DNA of 64,000 nt from a virus, in IMG/VR virus record IMGVR_UViG_3300048851_000098, positions 1-64,000 of that record; one strand, 5' to 3'. Every line of letters begins with the position of its first letter. The first letter of the stretch is position 1. Below the pieces are notes generated by a model. The model was not told where the DNA came from. It made no database searches and saw only the letters and a program-made list of their open reading frames with translations. Positions 29,828 to 37,323 of this stretch are shown here, one piece after another. The position numbers and the translations under genes are program-made.

Positions 29828-30187
29828 TGCTGATCCTTTCTTCAGTTGTCAGTGACTAATAAATTATTGTCGAGTCGCCACCCTGGCTGAGTTAGCAACC
29901 GTTCTGCTCTCGACCAACGTCACCACAGTGCATCAGGCGTGTCCTTTTTGGGCCTCAGTCCGCAGAGCGAGGGCGCTTGAAGATCCTGATCACTACCTAA
30001 CTTCTGACGCTTTTCCCTATGTGTGTACTGCTGTCATCGTGACCATCTCTATTCAGCGCGTTCCGATGATCTATGTGGTCGATATGCGCTCCGGCATCGT
30101 ATACCGTATGACACATATATTGAACGCTGACCCACTATCAAATGCAGAGTGCCCGCCAACCTGGCCTCTGCGCTACGGCCAACCCTT

Positions 30188-30258
30188 GATCCTGTGGGAG
30201 GAATCGAACCCCCACCGTGAATGCCCTGAAGGGGCAGACTGCTTCCAAAGCTCAGGAC
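30188..30258 (-). ncRNA. Isolated tRNA-like element with a 5-nt anticodon loop (CUUCA)
   Basis: Acceptor gtcctgag/cacaggat, D hairpin gctt/aagc, stem tgccc/gggca, T arm ggggg-TTCGATT-cctcc. Confidence 0.6.
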
Positions 30259-30385
30259 AATAAGGTAATTATCTCCCTTACACAATAAAGGCTAATAATT
30301 ACCATCCATGGCCGTCTCGAACAGAATATTCAAAAAATTCTATTACACCACACTAGCTTCATTATCTATTATATAATAGGTATTG

Positions 30386-31306
30386 TTAGACGGGAATGTT
30401 GGTTCCCTCTGCGACTGACACGGCTCTGCCGATCAGTTCGCAGATTCTCTCGGCGTCGTCCATGATGAGGATGTTTTCCTCATTCAGAGCCTTCCAGCCG
30501 AGACAGCGCGCGCCGCCGTAGCGACCGCCGTCGTCACCCGCATCTCTGTCGAGCACTTGGCTCGGCGAGTAGCTGCCCTGCTGAGCGAACACGAACGTGA
30601 CGTTCCACTTCTCGCTCAGCTCTCTGTAGATCGCTTCGGTGCTGATGTTCTCACCGAGATCTTCTGAGTCGCCGCCGATCAGTGTTCTGACCTGCTCGTG
30701 ATTGACAGTGGCGTACACCCGTTCGTCACCGACGACGAACAGGTGTCCTCTCTTCGCTCGCTTCTCGAACGAATCGATGTATGTGTGTCGGGCTGTCCAG
30801 TACAGCGCCAGCTCGTACGACTCGTGGTTGCCACCGCCGCCCCCGCCTTCGAGGACCATCGATTCGAGCTGTTCGTCCATGCGGTTATCGGACTCGAATT
30901 GTCCGACTTGTATCGGCAGATGATCCGAGTAGGCATCACCTATCGCGCCGAAGAGGATTTGCGGGTCCTCGACCGTGCCAGCTTCCTGAAGCTGTCTGAG
31001 CAGATTCGGAAGCTGTCGTTGCAGAACAGCCGGAATGAACCCCATCGAGCCAGTCACATCGAACAGAATCACGATGGGCGTGCTGTTGGGATGCTCTTCC
31101 GAATCGAGCGATTCGCGGATGTTGCGGCCCGCGTGATCGCCCTGCTGGTTCTCCCGCTTCGGGTCCAGCAGATCGTTCACTCTCCACTCACTGCGCGGAA
31201 CTTCCCGATGCAGCCGGTCGGAGTAGTTGAACGTCGATTCGCCCGCCGCTTCCTTTGCCGCAGAGCGGGCGAGGTAGCTCGCGTTCGAATATGTACCGCC
31301 GCCTAT
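30386..31306 (-). CDS. vWA-domain protein (probable ATA start)
   Basis: FDVTGSMG, AIGDA, GGGGGNHESY, VVGDE motifs; frame extends to ATA-GGC-GGC-GGT-ACA-TAT-TCG (MGGGTYS). Confidence 0.8.
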   Translation of the reverse strand: MGGGTYSNASYLARSAAKEAAGESTFNYSDRLHREVPRSEWRVNDLLDPKRENQQGDHAGRNIRESLDSEEHPNSTPIVILFDVTGSMGFIPAVLQRQLPNLLRQLQEAGTVEDPQILFGAIGDAYSDHLPIQVGQFESDNRMDEQLESMVLEGGGGGGNHESYELALYWTARHTYIDSFEKRAKRGHLFVVGDERVYATVNHEQVRTLIGGDSEDLGENISTEAIYRELSEKWNVTFVFAQQGSYSPSQVLDRDAGDDGGRYGGARCLGWKALNEENILIMDDAERICELIGRAVSVAEGTNIPV

Positions 31307-31378
31307 AGGACATCACCCCTTTCTGTAGGTCCGTTGGTTGATGCTGTGATGATACCACAGATCCGGACTGTTGTGCGA

Positions 31379-32803
31379 CTACTGCGTCTGTACAGAGATT
31401 GCATAGCCGCGAGGTTCATATACCTCCATGCGACGCATCTTCCAGTGTTTCTGAAAGACTGCAATCAGAACATCTGCATAGTCGTAGATCTTCGCGTCTC
31501 TCTTATCAGGATGCTGTCGTTCCACGCGCCCGACTTGCTGAGTGATCAAGCCAGTATTTCTCTGCGGGAATGTGAGATGAAGCCGGTCCAGACGCGGAAT
31601 ATCCATTGCTTCATCGGCGAGTGTTGAAAGAATCAGGCAGGGTTGAGAAGCGGCAAGTTCGACTGCTGCCTGTCGATGATCATTTTTATCTCTGCCAGTG
31701 ATAGTCGTGATCGGATCTGGAAATCCTGCATCTTCGAGATAAAACTGAAGGAATTCCAGATGTTCCAAGCGCTTCGAAACGAGCAACTGATGATGGCCTT
31801 GCTCGGCCATTACGTTGCGCACGATCATCATATTGCGACCAGGATCGCGAATAAGCGCGTCGATCATCTGCGGATAGTTCGACCGCTGCCAGCGATTGCG
31901 GTGCGGCACGAAGTTGAATCTGAAATTCGTACTGACGCGGACGACGCTTGGTTTAGTCAACGTGGTGACTTCAGACGGTCTTGTCGTATGGATGATCGGT
32001 CCGAGCACGTTGACGGCAAGCGCAAAGTCGCCTGTTTTATCTGGCGTTGCTGAGACGCCTACACGATAGCGAGCAGAAAAGCGATCCAGCAGCTTGTTAT
32101 ACGTGCCGGCTGTTGCGTGATGGCATTCGTCAAGACAGACAAGCGAGAAGTAATCATCGAAAAAGCCGCTCTGCTCAAGATCGTCAAAGCGGCTGTGAAG
32201 CGTCTGCGCTGTAGCGATAGTGATGTACGGCGAGACTTGAAAGATACCGTCGCCGATCTGGCCTATCGGATAGTCTTCACCAAGAAAAGTTCTGACTCGA
32301 TCTATCCACTGCCAGAGAATATCTTTGGTGTTGATAATGATCAGGCTGCTGCAACCGAGCTGCTGAATCGCCGCAAGGATCGCCACGGTCTTTCCACTAC
32401 CAGCAGGCGACTTGATGATCCCTTGTTCATAGGAGAAGATCGATTCGATTTGTGGCTTTTGCCACGGCCGTGCTCTGACTCTTCTGCCAACGCGAAACAG
32501 CGGTTCCCAATAGCGCCCCTCGACCAACTCGATCTGCGCCCCAAAGTCATTCATCCCCGCAGCAAAATCAGCAAGAAATCCCCGTGGCATCACGAGGATT
32601 TCAGATCCATCTTCCGCTTGCGTGATCTCGTACAGACAGATCGTGTCGGGCATCTCCTGCCAGCCCCACTCATCCATCTTGCGAGCCTTCTGCTTGGCGA
32701 TATTCGGGATGTTGAGAGCTTCCAACATGAACGGAACGCTCTCGATAGGAAGATCTGAAAGACGTACGCGAAGCTTGTGATCGATAGTGGTCTTGATAGC
32801 CAT
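31379..32803 (-). CDS. SF2 DEAD/DEAH helicase (UvsW/XPB-like)
   Basis: SPAGSGKT, DECHH, SATP, QQVGRVER motifs. Confidence 0.9.
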   Translation of the reverse strand: MAIKTTIDHKLRVRLSDLPIESVPFMLEALNIPNIAKQKARKMDEWGWQEMPDTICLYEITQAEDGSEILVMPRGFLADFAAGMNDFGAQIELVEGRYWEPLFRVGRRVRARPWQKPQIESIFSYEQGIIKSPAGSGKTVAILAAIQQLGCSSLIIINTKDILWQWIDRVRTFLGEDYPIGQIGDGIFQVSPYITIATAQTLHSRFDDLEQSGFFDDYFSLVCLDECHHATAGTYNKLLDRFSARYRVGVSATPDKTGDFALAVNVLGPIIHTTRPSEVTTLTKPSVVRVSTNFRFNFVPHRNRWQRSNYPQMIDALIRDPGRNMMIVRNVMAEQGHHQLLVSKRLEHLEFLQFYLEDAGFPDPITTITGRDKNDHRQAAVELAASQPCLILSTLADEAMDIPRLDRLHLTFPQRNTGLITQQVGRVERQHPDKRDAKIYDYADVLIAVFQKHWKMRRMEVYEPRGYAISVQTQ

Positions 32804-32846
32804 TTCGCTTTTGCCGTAGGTAGCTCTTACATGATAGCATCGCGGC

Positions 32847-33101
32847 ATGAGATCTGCAATCTCTGCATGTGCTACTCCAAAGTGCTCAAAGGCGCGTATT
32901 GAGAGAAGATCGTTCTGTCAAGAATGTTCTGAAAATCTTGCACGTATTCGTAGAGAACTTGAAGAACATCCAGCATTGCTCTTCAATCAGCGAGTAGCAG
33001 GTATGAGAATAAAAAAGTTTCCAACTTGCTGCTTCCCAGGCTGTTTTGAACGGCGAGTACCGCCAGAACCCTTCTGTTACAAAGGTGAAGACGGACACTA
33101 A
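32847..33101 (+). CDS. Small Cys-rich protein
   Basis: CATPKC, FCQEC, CCFPGC. Confidence 0.5.
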   Translation: MRSAISACATPKCSKARIERRSFCQECSENLARIRRELEEHPALLFNQRVAGMRIKKFPTCCFPGCFERRVPPEPFCYKGEDGH

Positions 33102-33412
33102 TGAGAACTGGTTACTTCGATATGGACACGCGAGCAATAGTCTCGCTTGATCCTGTTATCAGAACTAACACAGGCAAGGATCATACGTGGATTGTGCGTG
33201 TCAATACGCCTGAACGGCATCGAAATAGAGGACTCGCAACAAGATTGATGGAGGAAGTCTGCGCGGATGCCGACAAGGAAAAGGTAATCCTCTATCTCGG
33301 GATTACCGCAAGTGGTCCTCTTGATGGCAAGAGACTGGCGAAGTTCTACGCGAGATTCGGATTCGTATTCTACGACCAACACTCTGCTTCAATGGTGCGG
33401 AATCCACGATGA
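33101..33412 (+). CDS. GNAT-family acetyltransferase
   Basis: V.TPERHRNRGLATRLM acetyl-CoA motif; FYARFGF. Confidence 0.8.
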   Translation: MRTGYFDMDTRAIVSLDPVIRTNTGKDHTWIVRVNTPERHRNRGLATRLMEEVCADADKEKVILYLGITASGPLDGKRLAKFYARFGFVFYDQHSASMVRNPR

Positions 33413-33840
33413 GAGCTACCGCATTCACAGATGGCCGGGGAAACGCGAGAAGAACAGGATCTTGCGCGGCAGTTCTGAGATTTCCCGATAGAGAGGTTGA
33501 GCAAGCGAAACGTCTTCCGGGAGAACCTACTAACAACGAAGCCGAATATGAAGGCGTAATTCTGGCTTGTCTTACTGCAATCGGAATGAGAGTGAGAGAG
33601 TTGGAAATCTATTCAGATTCGCAACTCATCGTAAATCAGATCAATGGCTTGTGGAGAATCAGAGAACCACGTCTTCTTCCTTATCGAGATCGAGTTTGGG
33701 CCATTTGTCAATCTTTCGACAAGGTGACCATCAACTGGATTCCTCGTGAAGAGAACGAACATGCTGATTCCCTTTGCCGCAGAGTGATCAAAGAACCTTC
33801 TCCCCGCAGACCAAGGAAGCATCCTCTGTACAAGTTCTGA
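33409..33840 (+). CDS. rnhA: Ribonuclease HI
   Basis: FTDG, TNNEAEY, YSDSQLIVNQ, WIPREENEHADSL catalytic motifs. Confidence 0.9.
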   Translation: MRATAFTDGRGNARRTGSCAAVLRFPDREVEQAKRLPGEPTNNEAEYEGVILACLTAIGMRVRELEIYSDSQLIVNQINGLWRIREPRLLPYRDRVWAICQSFDKVTINWIPREENEHADSLCRRVIKEPSPRRPRKHPLYKF

Positions 33841-34075
33841 TCCACCGCAGAGTGCGGGATGACATTCCACCCGTAGTAGCCCTCCGCTTTCACGGCACCG
33901 CATCCCAGGCTCTACGCCAAGAGTGTCCTCAAGGCGCATGCCAACTCCCGCCCCTCTGATGGTGAACACGCATTTCACCAACGGGCTACGTAACGGTTTG
34001 ACGAATCTTCACAAAGCATTACTTCTCGCCGCGCTTTGTTGATAAGATTCCAACCGCGTTAAGAATCGCGTCCCT
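33841..34075 (+). ncRNA. Unassigned structured RNA candidate (3' of rnhA)
   Basis: gtagccc/gggctac, ggtgaa/ttcacc, acaaagc/gctttgt, aatctt/aagatt helices; no credible ORF. Confidence 0.4.
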
Positions 34076-34084
34076 GGACAGTAC

Positions 34085-34123
34085 CAGAAGCCCCGAGCCT
34101 CGCCGCCGGGGCTTCTGTGTTTC
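34085..34123 (+). terminator. Intrinsic terminator
   Basis: cagaagccccg/cggggcttctg stem followed by tgtttc. Confidence 0.75.
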
Positions 34124-34142
34124 TGAGTACGATTCTGACCAC

Positions 34143-34511
34143 GTGCATTACAGAACCCGTCAGCGCCTCCGCGAGCTGGGCTATCCCACCTACGCCCACT
34201 ACCTCCGCTCAGCCATATGGGCCGACATCCGAAAGAACTACTTCGCGATATACAGACGCGAGTGTTGGATTTGCGGAAAGAATCGAGATGTAGCTCTTCA
34301 TCACATCTCCTATGACCGCATTGGTGGAGATGAGCTGTTTGAAGATTTCATTCCGTTGTGTAGGCGACATCATCGCGCTCTGCACAACTTCATGAAATAC
34401 TATCGAGTAGGTCTTATTCACGCACATATTGAATACAAGGCGCATCTCGACAGACCACGGAGAAGACGCAGAAAAAGACGCGCTAGACAGATTCGACGGA
34501 GAGCGATATAG
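34143..34511 (+). CDS. HNH endonuclease
   Basis: CWICG...LHHISY...FIPLCRRHH. Confidence 0.8.
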   Translation: MHYRTRQRLRELGYPTYAHYLRSAIWADIRKNYFAIYRRECWICGKNRDVALHHISYDRIGGDELFEDFIPLCRRHHRALHNFMKYYRVGLIHAHIEYKAHLDRPRRRRRKRRARQIRRRAI

Positions 34512-34632
34512 TTCCCGCTCCTGCGATAGAAGCGTTCACAGGAACATGGTCCGGACACTGGCGCGTGCTCACGTCGGGGGACACGCCATGACAGTGCGCT
34601 GAAGAGGGTCCTAGGGATAAAGCGCACTACCC

Positions 34633-34705
34633 GCCTCGGTCGTCCAGGGGACTAGGACGCTTGGTTGTCGACCAAGAAACCGGAGTTCGAATCTCCGTCG
34701 AGGCG
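34633..34705 (+). tRNA. tRNA-Asp(GTC)
   Basis: Cloverleaf; cttgg-ttGTCga-ccaag. Confidence 0.9.
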
Positions 34706-34707
34706 TT

Positions 34708-34887
34708 ATGAAGTCGGCTACACGTATGTTTGTTGAAGGAATGTCATATCGCGATGTAATGAGAATCGTCGGCATGCGCCAGCGTTACAGTCGCGAAGTG
34801 AATGATCCTGCTCTGCGGCCGGCTCCTCGTCGCAGACCCACGAGACGCCGCGACCGTCGTGCCCCTACAAAACCAATGCGCCGATGA
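34708..34887 (+). CDS. Small basic hypothetical protein (not in the ORF track)
   Basis: MKSATRMFVEGMSYRDVMRIVG..., overlapping the next start (ATGA). Confidence 0.4.
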   Translation: MKSATRMFVEGMSYRDVMRIVGMRQRYSREVNDPALRPAPRRRPTRRRDRRAPTKPMRR

Positions 34888-35123
34888 GATCACGAGCTGT
34901 ACGCCGTCATCATCGTTCCCGTCTGATCAAAAGACGCTCTCGCGATGCACTTGCTGCTTCGGTGATGCATTCTCCCGGAAAGCATCCTGAAGGCGCTCTT
35001 GCTGATAATCAGTATTGGCTCGGGTGTAATCTCCCGAACTGCGGCCTTTGCCATCCGTGGAAGCGATGGAGCCGAAGTGCTGATCGCCACAGAGCAAAGA
35101 TCAGCTTGCACGAGGAAATCTGA
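34884..35123 (+). CDS. Small basic Cys-containing hypothetical protein
   Basis: 79 aa, GCNLPNCGLCHPWK. Confidence 0.55.
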   Translation: MRSRAVRRHHRSRLIKRRSRDALAASVMHSPGKHPEGALADNQYWLGCNLPNCGLCHPWKRWSRSADRHRAKISLHEEI

Positions 35124-35256
35124 GCTGCTAGATTGCATCTCGTGAGCCGTTTCCGCTACATCCGCGCTTCGCGATCAGATCGATCGCGATATACCAGTCG
35201 ATTGCTGCGACTCCGCTAGCGCGCGGGTGAGATATCCCGCGCGCTAGAACAGCAGT
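35124..35256 (+). ncRNA. Unassigned multibranch RNA candidate
   Basis: Closing helix gctgct/agcagt; 8-bp, 5-bp and 12-bp hairpins inside. Confidence 0.5.
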
Positions 35257-35260
35257 GCGC

Positions 35261-35348
35261 GTCGGGGTGGTGAAACATAGGCAGACACGCGGGCCTCAGA
35301 CGCCCGTGCCCCTAACAGGGCGTGAGGGTTCGAATCCCTCTCCCGACA
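35261..35348 (+). tRNA. tRNA-Leu(CAG)
   Basis: Cloverleaf with variable arm; cgggc-ctCAGac-gcccg. Confidence 0.92.
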
Positions 35349-35355
35349 CTTTCAT

Positions 35356-35442
35356 GGCGTCGTGGCGGAATTAGGTATACGCGCGCGGCTGAGTACCGCG
35401 TGGGAGTCAAATCCCTTGGAGGTTCAAGTCCTCTCGACGCTA
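35356..35442 (+). tRNA. tRNA-Leu(GAG)
   Basis: cgcgg-ctGAGta-ccgcg; variable arm. Confidence 0.92.
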
Positions 35443-35459
35443 CCTATAACAAAATAGTT

Positions 35460-35537
35460 GTGGCGATTGTTGAAACTTCAACTGCTCACGTAAGGGGCGA
35501 GCCGAACGTGGGACAGGGAGCTTCAAACAATCGCCAC
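35460..35537 (+). ncRNA. Unassigned rod-like hairpin RNA candidate
   Basis: gtggcgattgtt/aacaatcgccac plus inner helices, about 29 bp in total. Confidence 0.5.
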
Positions 35538-35557
35538 GAGACGAGTGTAGCAGACAC

Positions 35558-35641
35558 GCGCGAGTGGCGGAACGGCAGACGCGCTCGACTCAAAATCGAG
35601 TGTTCCTTGTGAACGTGTGGGTTCGACTCCCACCTTGCGCA
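35558..35641 (+). tRNA. tRNA-Leu(CAA)
   Basis: ctcga-ctCAAaa-tcgag. Confidence 0.92.
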
Positions 35642-35655
35642 TTTAGGTAAAACTT

Positions 35656-35742
35656 GGAGGCTCGCAAGGTTGGCGTGCTTATCGGTCTTGAAAACCGTGA
35701 TGGCTCTAACGAGTCGTGGGGGTTCGATCCCCTCAGCCTCCG
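35656..35742 (+). tRNA. tRNA-Ser(TGA)
   Basis: cggt-ctTGAaa-accg; long variable arm; G73. Confidence 0.9.
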
Positions 35743-35754
35743 TAGTTCCAACAT

Positions 35755-35836
35755 GCCGGGAAGGCCCCAATGGTGGGGCACCTGACTGTAAATCAGGCGT
35801 CTCTGACAACGGCAGGTTCGATCCCTGCTCCCGGCA
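35755..35836 (+). tRNA. tRNA-Tyr(GTA)
   Basis: cctga-ctGTAaa-tcagg. Confidence 0.92.
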
Positions 35837-35864
35837 CTAAGAAAACATAAAAACCCCTGCAAAT

Positions 35865-35952
35865 GGACGGTATCCGAGTGGTTAGGGGCGCGACTGCTAA
35901 TCGCGTAAGACAGAGCGAATCTGTCCGCTGGGTTCGATTCCCAGGCCGTCCG
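35865..35952 (+). tRNA. tRNA-Ser(GCT)
   Basis: cgcga-ctGCTaa-tcgcg; long variable arm. Confidence 0.92.
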
Positions 35953-35978
35953 TACTAATCGTTCTGATCGTTCTTCTC

Positions 35979-36006
35979 TTGACTCTTTGTAGAGGAGTGG
36001 TACTGT
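35979..36006 (+). promoter_or_regulatory. SigA-type promoter candidate
   Basis: TTGACT-16 nt-(TGG)TACTGT upstream of the wHTH gene. Confidence 0.5.
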
Positions 36007-36071
36007 TGTGTGCAAGTCGCCTCGTAATGAGGCTTTCCCACACACCACGATGACCTTAGGAGGCCATCAGC

Positions 36072-36596
36072 ATGACCGCTCTTCTCGAAGAGATGACGAC
36101 CAGAATCGACAGTCGTATGGAGGAGCTTCAGCCGCTCGTCCAGGAGTACGGCGAGTTGGCCGAGGCCAAGGCTCGCCTGACCGGCAGAGAGGTCAACGTC
36201 TCCCTGTCTCCCGCGCGTCGTCGCGGCCGCCCGAGCGCCAAGGACGGATCGGCTCCCCGCGCCGGCAAGCGCACCGACATGGTGATCGCTTACCTGCGCG
36301 AGCATCCGGACGGTGCCACGGTCAATCAGATCGTGGAGGGCACGGGCACGTCGCTCAACTACACCTACGCGATCGTCCGCGATCTCGTGGACGCGGAGCC
36401 GCCCGTCGCCAAGCGCGCGGAGGGCAGAGTGGTCCTGATCGACCCCAACTACCGTTCGCCGAGCGAGGACGAGAACAAGGGCGACGAGGGGAACAGCGAT
36501 GGCGACTCGACGCAGGGCGAGCAGAAGCCCGACGAGACGCCGGCCCCCGACAAGGCCAAGCCCGCCGCGAGAGCGAGAGCGACCAGCAGAAAGTGA
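36072..36596 (+). CDS. Coiled-coil plus winged-helix DNA-binding protein
   Basis: N-terminal coiled coil, RRRGRP AT-hook-like motif, VIAYLREHPDGATVNQIVEGTGTSLNYTY wHTH. Confidence 0.75.
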   Translation: MTALLEEMTTRIDSRMEELQPLVQEYGELAEAKARLTGREVNVSLSPARRRGRPSAKDGSAPRAGKRTDMVIAYLREHPDGATVNQIVEGTGTSLNYTYAIVRDLVDAEPPVAKRAEGRVVLIDPNYRSPSEDENKGDEGNSDGDSTQGEQKPDETPAPDKAKPAARARATSRK

Positions 36597-36601
36597 TCTC
36601 C

Positions 36602-36648
36602 TAGCGGCTCGCTTGTAATCACTCAGGCGAGCCGCTAAGATCCTTTTT
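36602..36648 (+). terminator. Terminator hairpin overlapping a TTGTAA-17-TAAGAT promoter candidate
   Basis: tagcggctcgctt/aggcgagccgcta stem followed by ccttttt. Confidence 0.65.
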
Positions 36649-36659
36649 GGAACAAAGAA

Positions 36660-36732
36660 GGGTCGTTAGCTCAGTCGGTAGAGCAGGAGACTCTTAATCT
36701 CAAGGCCGTAGGTTCGATCCCTACACGACCCA
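36660..36732 (+). tRNA. tRNA-Lys(CTT)
   Basis: gaga-ctCTTaa-tctc. Confidence 0.92.
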
Positions 36733-36734
36733 TA

Positions 36735-36979
36735 CTGGTTATATCGTTGATATGGTCAGAACTACCCCCGAAAGGTAAGAGCGGGCCACGTCCGGGTACC
36801 CCGAGGCCGGACAACAATTTCATAGTGTCCCGAGAGCGGGTAGCTGACGGTAGGAGAAATCCGTACTAAGGTCCGACTCCGGATATCTGTACGTGACAGA
36901 GAAATTGCCTTCGGGAACCGATACACGGAATGATCGGATCGCGGACAAATGTGGGGGTGCGTCCACTATAAAAACGCAC
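36735..36979 (+). ncRNA. Unassigned ~245-nt structured RNA with 3' pseudoknot
   Basis: Two GAAA tetraloops, a cUUCGg loop, several helices, H-type pseudoknot gtgg/ccac plus gtgcgt/acgcac. Confidence 0.65.
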
Positions 36980-36983
36980 ACTC

Positions 36984-37059
36984 GCCCCGTTGGTCTAGTT
37001 AGGCTTAGGACGCCTGCCTCTCACGCAGGAGATCACCGGTTCAAATCCGGTACGGGGTT
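36984..37059 (+). tRNA. tRNA-Glu(CTC)
   Basis: cctgc-ctCTCac-gcagg. Confidence 0.92.
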
Positions 37060-37323
37060 TAGGGAATTGGAAAGCCAACTAATCACAAAGCGCGAGCGTT
37101 TCTAGAGCGACTGCGGCGTGCGTCATTAGAGTAGGAGCTATCGATTCCCGATCTCGGAATCGGATTCCTCTTACCTTGCCTTTCCTCTAATGGGTCTGGC
37201 TGGGAAGATCCCCACGCAGCCCTCTGGCACCGTTCCAATGGGATTCGGCATTGCCATTCCCGGAGCAACGCTTTGAGGTCGGTCGGCATACGACTAGAGG
37301 AATCCGATTCCATCTTCTGCGAA
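37060..37323 (+). ncRNA. Unassigned ~260-nt structured RNA
   Basis: Perfect 16-bp long-range helix 37156-37171/37296-37311; crossing 8-bp helix 37124-37131/37185-37192. Confidence 0.6.

Noticed and set aside
33409-34123. Retron or DGR
   Set aside because: No reverse transcriptase and no template/variable repeat pair in the window
36735-36979. RNase P RNA or group I intron
   Set aside because: Only fragments (GUCCGGG, ACAGAGA) resemble RNase P regions; CR-I GAGGAAAG, CR-V and the group I P7 pairing are absent
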